Below are positions 45,748 to 55,402 of a stretch of DNA of 64,000 nt, one piece after another. Source of the stretch: Candidatus Nomurabacteria bacterium (GTDB lineage Bacteria; Patescibacteriota; Minisyncoccia; Phycocordibacterales; UBA918); contig CP060227.1 of NCBI GenBank assembly GCA_023898525.1, forward strand, positions 893,932 to 957,931. Direction: 5' to 3'. The number at the start of each line of letters is the position of its first letter. The stretch's first letter is position 1. The translations under genes and the position numbers were made by a program. Below the pieces are notes generated by a model. The model was not told where the DNA came from, ran no database searches, and saw only the letters and a list, made by a program, of their open reading frames with translations.

Positions 45748-46509
45748 CCTAATTTTCCAACCTCTTTTAAAGAGTTGAGTAACCAAAATTCCAAGTCCAA
45801 GAACTAATCCAGCGATTATAACGATACCAATATTGGTGTTAGCTTCGCTAACACCAATCATGCTATAGCGCACTGCGTCGGCAAAATAAAAGAAGGGATT
45901 TAGTTCGGTCATGGTAGCGGCGGTTTCTGGCAGAAATGTAATAGAGTAGAAAATTCCCCCGAGATAAGTAAGGGGAGTGATAACGAAAGTATTAAGAACT
46001 TGTAGTTGCTCAAAGTTTTCAGCCCAGAGCGCCACAATGATACCGAGCATAGCAAAAATAGCGGCAATGGCACTGACATATAAAATAAATAAGACAGGAT
46101 GAAGAAGGGTAACGGCACCAAAAATAAAGCCAACTGCAAGAATAAGAAACGATACTAAAATAGCACGAGTAATGGCACTACCAACAAAACCAATTAGCAT
46201 TTCGAGGTATGAAAAAGGGGTGATTAGAATCTCTTCAATGCCGCGAGTAAAGCGCATAAAGTAAAGTGAGGAAGAAGAGCTAGCAAAAGCGGAGTTAATG
46301 ACAGACAGCATCAAAATACCAGGAAATACAAAAGCAATGTACGAAACTCCGGCAATTTCAGTAATCTGTGAACCGATCACGAGGCCAAAGATGAATATAT
46401 ATAAGGCAGCGGAAATCACTGGTGCAGCTAGGGTTTGGATAGCTACCCGAAAAGTACGCTTTACCTCGCGCTCAAACATAGTGAAAAGACCAATCCAATT
46501 TGTTTTCAT
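45742..46509 (-). CDS. ABC-2 type transporter permease
   Basis: Six predicted TM helices; co-oriented with and abutting the ATPase gene. Confidence 0.65.
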   Translation of the reverse strand: MKTNWIGLFTMFEREVKRTFRVAIQTLAAPVISAALYIFIFGLVIGSQITEIAGVSYIAFVFPGILMLSVINSAFASSSSSLYFMRFTRGIEEILITPFSYLEMLIGFVGSAITRAILVSFLILAVGFIFGAVTLLHPVLFILYVSAIAAIFAMLGIIVALWAENFEQLQVLNTFVITPLTYLGGIFYSITFLPETAATMTELNPFFYFADAVRYSMIGVSEANTNIGIVIIAGLVLGLGILVTQLFKRGWKIRS

Positions 46510-46511
46510 AA

Positions 46512-47246
46512 TTATTCTTTAGTGATTTTTAAATAAGCGTCTTCCAGCTTTTGTCCGTTTTTGATGAAGTTTTCTTTAGTGTCGTGAGCGACTATCTTTC
46601 CGTGATTGATGATAGCGATGTCGTTACAAAGGTACTCTATTTCTTCTAGGTAGTGTGAAGTTAAGATGATAGTGGTACCTTTTTCGTTTATTTCTTTCAG
46701 GTACGCCCAGAGGTCGTGACGCTGCTTGATGTCGACACCAGCGGTTGGTTCGTCGAGTATCAAGAGTTGTGGTAAGTGAACTAAGGCCCGTCCGAGCATA
46801 GTGCGACGCTTTAATCCGCCCGATAACTTCTGAAAGCGTACGTTGCGGTGTTCTTCAAGGTCGAATTGTTTGATAAGTTCGTCGATTCGTGCTTGTCTGG
46901 TGCTTTTATCTATACCGTAGTAGCCACCCATAAAGTCCATTAGTTCGGCAGGGGTGGAGAAGATGTCGACATTGAACTCTTGAGGTGAAAGTCCGACTTT
47001 GGTACGCGCTAGTTTGTATTCTTTTACCACATCGGTACCGTCAACAAATATTTGCCCGGAAGTAGGTTGAGAGATGCCGGTGATACAGTGAATGGTGGTA
47101 CTTTTGCCGGCGCCATTTGGCCCCAAAAGACCAAAAAAACTACCTTTTGGGATACTAAGGGAGATATTATCTACCGCCAGCTTGGCTTTGTCACCTTGGC
47201 CGTAGGTTTTGACTAAGTTTTCTATTTTGAGAATAGGTTCTGACAT
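46512..47246 (-). CDS. ABC transporter ATP-binding protein
   Basis: Walker A GLLGPNGAGKST, signature LSGGLKRR, Walker B ILDEPT. Confidence 0.85.
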   Translation of the reverse strand: MSEPILKIENLVKTYGQGDKAKLAVDNISLSIPKGSFFGLLGPNGAGKSTTIHCITGISQPTSGQIFVDGTDVVKEYKLARTKVGLSPQEFNVDIFSTPAELMDFMGGYYGIDKSTRQARIDELIKQFDLEEHRNVRFQKLSGGLKRRTMLGRALVHLPQLLILDEPTAGVDIKQRHDLWAYLKEINEKGTTIILTSHYLEEIEYLCNDIAIINHGKIVAHDTKENFIKNGQKLEDAYLKITKE

Positions 47247-47308
47247 AATATTGATAAGAATAACATAACTTAATATGAATAAATAATCATGGCTTTAACT
47301 CTGGTTTC

Positions 47309-47911
47309 ATGTACAATAATTCAAATATGCACTACATCGTTGGTTTAGGAAATCCAGGAGAAAAGTATGAAATGACCCGTCATAATGTCGGGTGGTTGGT
47401 ATTGGATTACTTTATTACCAAGACAGGTCTATCAAGTCCTGTTTCTAATTCTGCGGTGGCGGGACGAATTTCAAACGGGTTTATAGGCGGTAAGGAGGTA
47501 ACACTTTTGTACCCAGAAACCTTTATGAATAATTCTGGTACAGCAGTCAAAAAGCTGGTGTCGAAAGCAGAAATAGACAAGCTGGTGGTTGTTTATGATG
47601 ATATTGATTTAGCAGTTGGAGAGGTAAAGGTTTCAGTTGGGAAGGGCGACGGTGGGCATAATGGAATAAAATCGATAATCGGTTTGCTTGGGAGTAAGGA
47701 TTTTGTGAGGGTGAGGGTTGGTATTGCTCCGGTTAGCTTCTGGACTGGTAAACCAAAACGTCCTACCGGTGGAGCTTTGCCAAAGTTTGTGTTGAAGGAG
47801 TTTAGTAAAAAGGAAGCTGAAAAAATAGAAGGAGTGAAGGAAAAAGCTTACACTGCTTTGAAAATAATTATAGAAAGCGGGGTAGAAAAGGCGATGAATG
47901 AGGTTAATTGA
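47309..47911 (+). CDS. pth: Peptidyl-tRNA hydrolase
   Basis: VGLGNPGEKYEMTRHNVGW N-terminal signature, GHNGIKS. Confidence 0.85.
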   Translation: MYNNSNMHYIVGLGNPGEKYEMTRHNVGWLVLDYFITKTGLSSPVSNSAVAGRISNGFIGGKEVTLLYPETFMNNSGTAVKKLVSKAEIDKLVVVYDDIDLAVGEVKVSVGKGDGGHNGIKSIIGLLGSKDFVRVRVGIAPVSFWTGKPKRPTGGALPKFVLKEFSKKEAEKIEGVKEKAYTALKIIIESGVEKAMNEVN

Positions 47912-47926
47912 TGTAAGGATATATGG

Positions 47927-47967
47927 AACAAAACACCCTGCGCCGTAGGCGCGGGGTGTTTTGTTAC
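47927..47967. terminator. Rho-independent terminator from the same GC-core/GTA-loop family
   Basis: aacaaaacaccctgcgcc-gta-ggcgcggggtgttttgtt. Confidence 0.7.
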
Positions 47968-47984
47968 TCTGATTACTGCATTTA

Positions 47985-49097
47985 CTACGCAGTCTCGTCA
48001 GTATTAGCTTCCTTGTATGACAAAGTCATCTTTTGTTCATTTGGTTCAAACAAAGTGATCTTGAATTTGTACACGTTACCAAGTGATAGAGCGCTTTTTA
48101 GAGCGGCTTCGTTTTCAAACTCTGATACGTGTACCAAGCCAGCCACACCTTCTTCGATAGAAGCCAGAGCACCGTGTTTGTTGTATTTGATAACAACCGC
48201 CTCGACAACCTGGTCTTTTTTGAACTTCTTGCTAGCTTCTGCCCATGGGTTTTCGCGTAGTTGCTTGATGGAAAGTGAAATCTTGTCATCCTTTACCTCT
48301 ATTACTTTCACTTTTACCTTGTCTCCGACTTTGTATAGGGTGCGAGTGTCTTCAACTAAGCCCCAATCTAGCTCAGAGATGTGTACTAGACCTTCAAGGC
48401 CCTGCTCAACTTTCACAAAGATACCGAAGTCTACGGCTCCTGTTACTTCACCGGTTAGGACATCTCCCACTTCATATTTACCAACTTTTTCTTCCTTCTC
48501 TTCTTTTTCTTGCAGACCTTTTTCTGAGAAGATTAGCTTGTGTTCCTTTTGGTCAGCAGTGATCATTACTACGCTCAAATGCTTACCAACTAGATTGTTA
48601 AGTGAACTTAGGATTTTGTCCTTGTCACCGTCAGATACTCGTGGATAGTTGTCGGCTGAAAGCTGTGAGGCAGGTAAAAAGCCTTGGATACCTTGCCAGT
48701 CGATGATAAGGCCACCTTTGTTTGCTTCTTTTACCTCAAGACTCATAACGGTACCGCGCTTAACTGCTTCTTCGGCGTCAGCCCAGATTAGGGCTTGACG
48801 AGCCTCCTTAAGTGATAGTTCGATGTATCCATCCTCGTTTTCTGGAGTTACCACCTTAGCTGCTATAGTGTCGCCGATTGATACTTTGCGTAGTACGTCT
48901 CGGGCGTTCATGTACTCGCGACCGAAGATAAGACCGGTACCGAAAGGTGGCAAGTCAACATAAACCCTGGCGCGACCAATCGCTGAAACTGTTCCTTCAA
49001 CTAGCTGCCCTTCTTTTGGAGCGGTAGGAATATTGCTAATAAGTGACTGCATTACACCGGTGTCGGTGCTGGTAGCAGTGATTGTGCTATCTGACAT
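47985..49097 (-). CDS. rpsA: 30S ribosomal protein S1 (four S1 domains)
   Basis: Repeated S1 OB-fold blocks (GxV..I..FGAFV-like: GEVTGAVDFGIFVKV, GTVSAIGRARVYVDL) along 370 aa. Confidence 0.7.
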   Translation of the reverse strand: MSDSTITATSTDTGVMQSLISNIPTAPKEGQLVEGTVSAIGRARVYVDLPPFGTGLIFGREYMNARDVLRKVSIGDTIAAKVVTPENEDGYIELSLKEARQALIWADAEEAVKRGTVMSLEVKEANKGGLIIDWQGIQGFLPASQLSADNYPRVSDGDKDKILSSLNNLVGKHLSVVMITADQKEHKLIFSEKGLQEKEEKEEKVGKYEVGDVLTGEVTGAVDFGIFVKVEQGLEGLVHISELDWGLVEDTRTLYKVGDKVKVKVIEVKDDKISLSIKQLRENPWAEASKKFKKDQVVEAVVIKYNKHGALASIEEGVAGLVHVSEFENEAALKSALSLGNVYKFKITLFEPNEQKMTLSYKEANTDETA

Positions 49098-49152
49098 TTT
49101 AATTTTTTAAATTATTCCGACGACGCGCGTCTGTACAACCGGTTCTCGAGAG

Positions 49153-49217
49153 GGCATAGGCACGAAAAATCTTTGATTTTTCGTGCCTATGCCCATGCCG
49201 TGTTCTTGAGTACAGGG
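49153..49217. terminator. Long hairpin (about 20-bp arms)
   Basis: gggcataggcacgaaaaatc ttt gatttttcgtgcctatgccc; downstream of the 49371-49799 gene and upstream of rpsA. Confidence 0.55.
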
Positions 49218-49370
49218 TTAAACGTGTGCCGTTAGACACTAATAATTACCTCAAAAAGGTTCGACTAATATAGTATGAAAAGTGTTTTATGTCTAGCTTA
49301 AATATATAAAGATAAAAGAGACTTTTGCAATTACTACTGCAAAAGTCTCTGATAAATGTCTTGGGTAAAA

Positions 49371-49799
49371 TTACGTCAGACTAGTCACGTCATCTGTGAT
49401 ACTCCAGTATTTGACTCCATTAGGGATTCCGTCTGCGTAGCGTCTATCCTGATCTGTACCAAGACTTCTGCGTAACAAGCTCAGTATGTTATTAACCCAA
49501 TCTTGAAATTGATCATTCGAAAGATGTGGTAATTCTTCTGTAGTGTTAAAAAATCCTAGTGAAATTCTACGTTTGTGTGGAACTAGGTAGGATAAGACAA
49601 TTCTGTAATTTCCCTGATCACCAGCCTTTTGAACCTCAAGGTTCTGTTTTGAGCCACTGAGGTGATTATTTAACAATTGAGCCATTTGAATTACTAATTC
49701 TTTACTTATTTGTTTTTCGAAAACAATTTCGCCAGCAACTAGGGTAGAAAAAACATCTATTTTACTCATGGTAATCTCCTGTAATGTGGAGGTAGGCAT
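49371..49799 (-). CDS. Hypothetical protein
   Basis: 142-aa ORF. Confidence 0.3.
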   Translation of the reverse strand: MPTSTLQEITMSKIDVFSTLVAGEIVFEKQISKELVIQMAQLLNNHLSGSKQNLEVQKAGDQGNYRIVLSYLVPHKRRISLGFFNTTEELPHLSNDQFQDWVNNILSLLRRSLGTDQDRRYADGIPNGVKYWSITDDVTSLT

Positions 49800-49857
49800 G
49801 CCGGATGGTCATGCTTTTGCATTATACATATAATGATTATATATGTCAAGATAATGT

Positions 49858-50930
49858 ACGATCTCACCACCTTTGAGACTCTATCTCATAATGTTCTCTA
49901 TAATACTCCATGGGCGACAAAAGACCCAGTCCTTCATGCGGTCTCTCATGGTTATACCAATACAACCATTCATTCAGTGAATCATTGAAGTCAGGAATAC
50001 TATCTCGAAGCAGGGATCGGTGATAAATAATGTGTTCTTCTTGAACGGTACGATTGAATCGCTCTATATAGGCATTCATCTTAGGACAACGTGGATAAGT
50101 GTGATAATGGTTGATGTTAAGAGTTAAACAAGCTTCGTGGAAGTATTTAGCGAATTCTGAACCATTATCAGTCTGTATCTCATCTATACTAAAAGGGGTA
50201 TAGTGTATAAGTTGTTTTAGAAAGTCTCGAGCACTATTTGAAGAATGACTGGTATAAGTACGAGCGTAAGCAAACCGTCTTTCTATGTCTATGGCGGTGA
50301 GTATGTACCGTTTAGTGCCATCTATGTGTCTCACGATAGTGTCTATCTCCAAACCTTGTTTTTGTGGTCTTCTTTGTTTTTTAACCTTGGTTTTTCTTTG
50401 TTCTTTGTGTGTACCACTCTTAGCGTACCAAGAGAGCTTAACTGGATTCGGTAGTCTACCTAGTTCTTTAAGATCACTGATACAGCGATTAACATAGGAA
50501 ACTGACACCTTGAATCCTTCCTTCTTCAATAGCGGTACCAGCTTTTTCCCACCAATCCGTGGTCGCTTAGTACGCCAGTTGATAATAGCTTGCTCTAGTG
50601 GTGGTGATATCTGTCTCACTCTTCGTTTCTTAGGAGCAGTACTCTTGGGGTCTAGGGCTTGGATATTACCATTACTATCATTTAGTTCTTTTTGCCATCT
50701 AAATAAAGTTGGTCTAGATACGCCAAAAGCATCTTTGGTGGTATTAGTACCATGTTTTTGCCAAAACGTGAGTATTTTAACTCTTCTTTCGACCTCCTGT
50801 TTGTTTTTCATTGTCTGCCACTTTAGAGCACTATCAGCCGCTTTGGCAAACCCTCTGGTGTTCCTTAAAATGTTATGTATTCTCATTACTCCTTATTTAA
50901 GGAGTCTCATATGTATGTGAGATTATTCAG
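49858..50930 (-). mobile_element. IS element (IS481-like, single-ORF DDE transposase) with imperfect terminal inverted repeats
   Basis: The ends carry AGTCTCA-(7-8 nt)-TGAGAT in inverted orientation (49861-49881 and 50904-50926). The left IR overlaps the transposase stop codon. Confidence 0.5.
49864..50886 (-). CDS. DDE transposase with rve (integrase core) domain and N-terminal HTH
   Basis: D..D..E core: TDNGSEF, HPQTNG-like CPKMNAYIERFNRT, and an HTH in the first 60 aa. Confidence 0.8.
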   Translation of the reverse strand: MRIHNILRNTRGFAKAADSALKWQTMKNKQEVERRVKILTFWQKHGTNTTKDAFGVSRPTLFRWQKELNDSNGNIQALDPKSTAPKKRRVRQISPPLEQAIINWRTKRPRIGGKKLVPLLKKEGFKVSVSYVNRCISDLKELGRLPNPVKLSWYAKSGTHKEQRKTKVKKQRRPQKQGLEIDTIVRHIDGTKRYILTAIDIERRFAYARTYTSHSSNSARDFLKQLIHYTPFSIDEIQTDNGSEFAKYFHEACLTLNINHYHTYPRCPKMNAYIERFNRTVQEEHIIYHRSLLRDSIPDFNDSLNEWLYWYNHERPHEGLGLLSPMEYYREHYEIESQRW

Positions 50931-51007
50931 ATAAAAATATCTTTATCTGACTAATTTTTATTATATTTCTTTGCCAAAATTCACTAGTCTAGTATGATAG
51001 TGGCACT

Positions 51008-51628
51008 ATGGTAATTACACATCACGGAGGGCAGTGCTTTAAAGTTTCGTTTGGCGATACAACTTTAGCTTTTGACCCAATATCCAAGAAATCCAAATTA
51101 TCGCCGGTTAAGTTTGGTTCAGATATAGCCTTTGTTTCTCTTAACCATCCAAATTTTAACGGCGTTGACCAAGTTACTCATGGTAGCAAAGAACCATTTG
51201 TCGTAAATGGTCCAGGTGAATACGAGTTTGGTAATGTAACTGCAAGAGGTTTTGGTACCAAGACTGTTTATGAAAAAGTGGATAGATACAACGTTATTTA
51301 TCAGGTGCGGTTGGAGGATATAAATATTGTTTTTCTGGGAGCCTTGAGTGTAGCTGAAATTGATCCGAAAATTCTCGGCGAACTAGGTGATGTTGATGTC
51401 TTATTTGTACCGATTGGTGGCGGTGATGTTTTGGATGTGCCGCAGGCGTCAAAGTTGGCGGTTAAGCTCGAGGCAAAGCTCATAATACCGATGCATTATG
51501 ATCAGACCGCTCTCAAAGCCTTTTTGAAAGAAATTGGTGCCGAAGGAGTCAAGCCGGTCGAAAAACTCACGATTAAGAAAAAGGATGTTTCGGCGATGGA
51601 AGGGGAAGTTGTGACTTTTAAGATTTAA
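51008..51628 (+). CDS. MBL-fold metal-dependent hydrolase (UPF0173/YtkL-like)
   Basis: ITHHGGQCF N-terminus, metallo-beta-lactamase His/Asp pattern, 206 aa. Confidence 0.65.
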   Translation: MVITHHGGQCFKVSFGDTTLAFDPISKKSKLSPVKFGSDIAFVSLNHPNFNGVDQVTHGSKEPFVVNGPGEYEFGNVTARGFGTKTVYEKVDRYNVIYQVRLEDINIVFLGALSVAEIDPKILGELGDVDVLFVPIGGGDVLDVPQASKLAVKLEAKLIIPMHYDQTALKAFLKEIGAEGVKPVEKLTIKKKDVSAMEGEVVTFKI

Positions 51629-51670
51629 GGTCTATAGAATTGTTGTTTAGCGTGGTATAAATATTAGATT

Positions 51671-52219
51671 ATGTCTATCTTGGCTCGTTTTTTTCGTTAT
51701 ATGCGCAGGCAGCCTAAGCATGTTAGGAGTAACTACGCCTTAGCGATTGCTACAAGCTTTACCGGTGTGGTAGCTCTGGTGTGGTTTGTGACCTCGATCA
51801 ACCAAGGAATGGTAAGTAGCGCTGAATATGCTAAAAGTGAAGGTAATTCACCGTTTCATAATCTACTTGAGCAGTCAAAAGAGCAATTTGCGAATGTTAA
51901 AGAAGCTTTTAAGACTAGTGAAGCCAAGGAAGAGGTTGTGGCAGAACGGTCTACTGCTGAGTCAGGTGACAATCAGCTCGATATAACCCTAAATCAGGAA
52001 GACTTGGACATCGCTCGATCCAAAACAGAACAAGCCGACGAATATGCAGCTAGTGCTACAAATACTTCAAGCATGACTGGGATAGCTTCCAGTTCGGGAA
52101 CTGTGAAAAATGAGTCAGTAAATCAGCCGGCCTATCGGGAAGTGCAGATTATGACCACTTCTGGTAATCAAAATCAGAAGACTCCAAACTCTACTACTCC
52201 AGCCGAAGGTTCGTTTTAG
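51671..52219 (+). CDS. Hypothetical membrane-anchored protein
   Basis: One N-terminal TM helix, then an S/T/E-rich tail. Confidence 0.3.
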   Translation: MSILARFFRYMRRQPKHVRSNYALAIATSFTGVVALVWFVTSINQGMVSSAEYAKSEGNSPFHNLLEQSKEQFANVKEAFKTSEAKEEVVAERSTAESGDNQLDITLNQEDLDIARSKTEQADEYAASATNTSSMTGIASSSGTVKNESVNQPAYREVQIMTTSGNQNQKTPNSTTPAEGSF

Positions 52220-52282
52220 AGTAGAAAAAGATATGTTATACTCTCTTATTGTTTAATATTCCTGCTATAATTTAGTTAACTT

Positions 52283-54751
52283 ATGCCGAAAAAGACAATT
52301 GCTGCTGAAACACCAGAATCGCCACGAGGGATTGTGACACAAAACATCACCAGTGAAATGGAGAATGCGTACCTCGATTACGCTATGTCGGTGATCACGC
52401 AGAGAGCACTACCTGATGTGCGTGACGGTCTTAAGCCGGTACATCGTCGCATTCTCTACTCAATGCGTCTCAATGGTCTTACGGCTAGCGCTAAATTCAA
52501 AAAATCAGCTACGGTAGTGGGAGATGTGCTTGGTAGTTTTCATCCGCATGGTGACTCTTCAGTGTACGAAGCAATGGTTAAGTTGGCTCAGGATTTTGCT
52601 ACCCGATATCCGCTGGTTTTGGGACAGGGAAACTTTGGTTCAATTGATGGTGATTCTCCAGCAGCCTATCGTTATACGGAGGCTAAAATGTCCAAGTTGG
52701 CTGAGGAGATGCTTCGTGATTTAGAAAAAGATACTGTCGATTGGCGACCCAACTTTGATGGTACTAAAAAAGAACCAATAGTTTTGCCGGCTGCGGTACC
52801 AAACCTGCTTTTGATGGGATCGCTTGGTATTGCGGTGGGTATGGCGACTAATATTCCGCCGCACAATCTCCGTGAAGTGGCAAGTGCGGTAGCTCATCTG
52901 ATTGATGATCCTGAAGCTTCAACTGATGATCTTTTGAAGCATATTAAGGGTCCTGATTTCCCGGTTGGAGCGGTAGCCTTTAATCAAAAGGATATTGCGC
53001 ACGCTTATGCCAATGGTAAAGGGGGTGTGACGGTGCGGGGAGAGGCGGAGATTGTCGAAGATAAGCGTGGTGCCTTTTCAATCGTGATTACTTCTATCCC
53101 GTATCGTGTAAATAAGGCTGATTTGCAGGTTAAAATTGCTGATTTGGTGCGTGATAAGAAGATTGATGGTATTCGCGATATGCGCGATGAGTCGACTTCT
53201 GACATTAGAATAGTGATTGATTTAAAGACGGGAGCACAGCCGCAAACTGTTCTAAACAAACTCTACAAACACACTCAGCTTGAAGACACTTTCCACTACA
53301 ATATGGTGGCCTTGGTTGATGGTATTCCACAGACCCTATCATTAAAAGCAATTCTTCAAGAATATGTTAAGCATCGAGCTGAAGTAATTCGCCGTCGTAC
53401 CGCCTATGATCTTGGTAAGGCTCGGGATCGTGAGCATATTTTGCTTGGTTTAAAGAAGGCTTTGGATCATATTGATAAGATCATTAAATTGATACGGGCG
53501 GCTAAAGATGTGCCGACTGCCCACGCAGCTTTGATGAAAGAGTTTAAGTTTTCCGCTATTCAGGCACAGGCTATTTTGGATATGCGACTCCAAAAGTTGG
53601 CTGGACTGGAGCGTAAGAAGATTGAGGATGAACTAAAAGCTATTCAGAAACTAATTAAGGAGCTTGAGGCAATCCTAAAAAGTAAGGCTAGGATGATGAA
53701 GATAGTCAAAGACGAATTGATGGAAATTTCGGACAAATACGGGGATGATAGGCGAACCAAGATTATTAAAGGCGGGGTAAAACAATTATCACAGGAAGAT
53801 CTGGTTCCGGATGATGAGAGTGTATTGGTTTTGACTGCGGGTGGGTATGTAAAACGCACTAATCCTGATGAATATCGTACGCAAAAGCGTGGCGGGGTTG
53901 GGGTGGTAGATTTAAATACCAAAGAAGAGGATGTTGTTACGACACTACTCACCACTTCAACTCATAGTGATTTGTTGTTCTTTACTGATAAAGGTAAGGT
54001 CTATCAGAGCAAAATGTACGAAATTCCTGAAGGTCGCAGGGCTACTAAAGGTAAGTCAATAATGAACTTTCTATCCATGGCAGCTGATGAACGCATCACT
54101 TCTGTTTTGCCGGTACGTAAAGACGAGTGGGCTGGTGAATGGAATCTAATTATGGCGACGAAAAACGGCGTGGTAAAGAAAAGTGACGCCGGTGCCTTTA
54201 AAGATGTGAGACGAAGTGGCTTGATTGCGATTACTCTCAAGGACGATGATTCATTGATTGCAACAAAATTTGTTGGTAAGGGTGATGAATTATCGTTGGT
54301 TACACTTAAGGGGCAATCAATTCGCTTTAAAGAATCTGATGTTCGTCAGATGGGGCGAACCGCTGCTGGTGTAACAGCAATGAAGCTCGGCAAAGGTGAT
54401 ATTATCGTGTCAGCTGATGTGATAAAGAAAGGGGAGAAGGATTCAGAGATTTTAATGGTGACTGAGCATGGTTACGGTAAGACTACACCTACTAAAGAAT
54501 ATAAAGTTCAAAAGCGTGGCGGGTCCGGTATCAAGACAGCTAAGGTGACCGACAAGACAGGCCTTATCGTGGCTGGAATTGTTTTGCGTAAAGAAGAAAG
54601 AGTGGAAGGTGAATTGGTGATTATGAGCCGAAAAGGACAGGTTATAAAATTGCCTCTCAAAGACGTGCCAACTCTAGGACGCCAGACACAAGGGGTACGG
54701 GTAATGAAGATGCGCGAGGGTGACGCGATTGCTAGTGTGGTGTTTGTTTAG
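52283..54751 (+). CDS. gyrA: DNA gyrase subunit A
   Basis: N-terminal [22 protein letters not shown], catalytic Tyr region [10 protein letters not shown], and C-terminal beta-pinwheel repeats. Confidence 0.9.
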   Translation: MPKKTIAAETPESPRGIVTQNITSEMENAYLDYAMSVITQRALPDVRDGLKPVHRRILYSMRLNGLTASAKFKKSATVVGDVLGSFHPHGDSSVYEAMVKLAQDFATRYPLVLGQGNFGSIDGDSPAAYRYTEAKMSKLAEEMLRDLEKDTVDWRPNFDGTKKEPIVLPAAVPNLLLMGSLGIAVGMATNIPPHNLREVASAVAHLIDDPEASTDDLLKHIKGPDFPVGAVAFNQKDIAHAYANGKGGVTVRGEAEIVEDKRGAFSIVITSIPYRVNKADLQVKIADLVRDKKIDGIRDMRDESTSDIRIVIDLKTGAQPQTVLNKLYKHTQLEDTFHYNMVALVDGIPQTLSLKAILQEYVKHRAEVIRRRTAYDLGKARDREHILLGLKKALDHIDKIIKLIRAAKDVPTAHAALMKEFKFSAIQAQAILDMRLQKLAGLERKKIEDELKAIQKLIKELEAILKSKARMMKIVKDELMEISDKYGDDRRTKIIKGGVKQLSQEDLVPDDESVLVLTAGGYVKRTNPDEYRTQKRGGVGVVDLNTKEEDVVTTLLTTSTHSDLLFFTDKGKVYQSKMYEIPEGRRATKGKSIMNFLSMAADERITSVLPVRKDEWAGEWNLIMATKNGVVKKSDAGAFKDVRRSGLIAITLKDDDSLIATKFVGKGDELSLVTLKGQSIRFKESDVRQMGRTAAGVTAMKLGKGDIIVSADVIKKGEKDSEILMVTEHGYGKTTPTKEYKVQKRGGSGIKTAKVTDKTGLIVAGIVLRKEERVEGELVIMSRKGQVIKLPLKDVPTLGRQTQGVRVMKMREGDAIASVVFV

Positions 54752-54762
54752 ATAGAGCACTG

Positions 54763-54807
54763 TTGAGTAAAAAGGGCGGCACCGTAGGTGCCGCCCTTTT
54801 TACTCAA
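54763..54807. terminator. Terminator, a 45-nt perfect palindrome with a GTA loop
   Basis: ttgagtaaaaagggcggcacc-gta-ggtgccgccctttttactcaa. Confidence 0.75.
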
Positions 54808-55402
54808 CAACCAGCTATTTCCCTATGTCTCTATATGTATTACAATAATCACAAGTATGAATTTTGTTACACTAGGACGTTTTGTAGTGCCAGAGGTAGT
54901 GGCTACTCATTTCAATATTAAGCCCGGTGATAATGTGGCTGACTTTGGGGCCGGTAGTGGTTTTTATCTTAAGATTTTGTCCAACAGTGTTGATGACGGA
55001 AAGGTCTATGCTATTGATATTCAAAAACAATTAGTTGAAAAATTAGGCGAATACATCAGAATAAACAATCTACCCAATGTCCATCCTTTGTGGTGTGATC
55101 TGGAAGAAGAGGGGGGAATTAAGTTACCGGACGATGCTCTGGACGCTGGTATTCTAGTAAATACGTTATTTCAATTTGAGCAAAAAGAAGCAGCAATAGC
55201 CGAAATAAGTCGAGTCATAAAGCGTGGCGGACTTTTACATATTATTGATTGGTCGGAATCGTTTGGCGGGTTGGGTCCACAGCCAAATGATGTGATTACC
55301 AAAGATGATACGGTCGCTCTCTTAGAAGCCAATGGTTTTTTGTTGGAATCAGAATTTCCAGCCGGAGACCATCACTATGGTGTCACTTTTAGAAAATTAT
55401 GA
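54788..55402 (+). CDS. Class I SAM-dependent methyltransferase (the likely true start is near 54853, MNFVTLG, after the terminator)
   Basis: Motif I VADFGAGSGFY, motif II-like VYAIDI. Confidence 0.6.
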   Translation: MPPFLLNNQLFPYVSICITIITSMNFVTLGRFVVPEVVATHFNIKPGDNVADFGAGSGFYLKILSNSVDDGKVYAIDIQKQLVEKLGEYIRINNLPNVHPLWCDLEEEGGIKLPDDALDAGILVNTLFQFEQKEAAIAEISRVIKRGGLLHIIDWSESFGGLGPQPNDVITKDDTVALLEANGFLLESEFPAGDHHYGVTFRKL

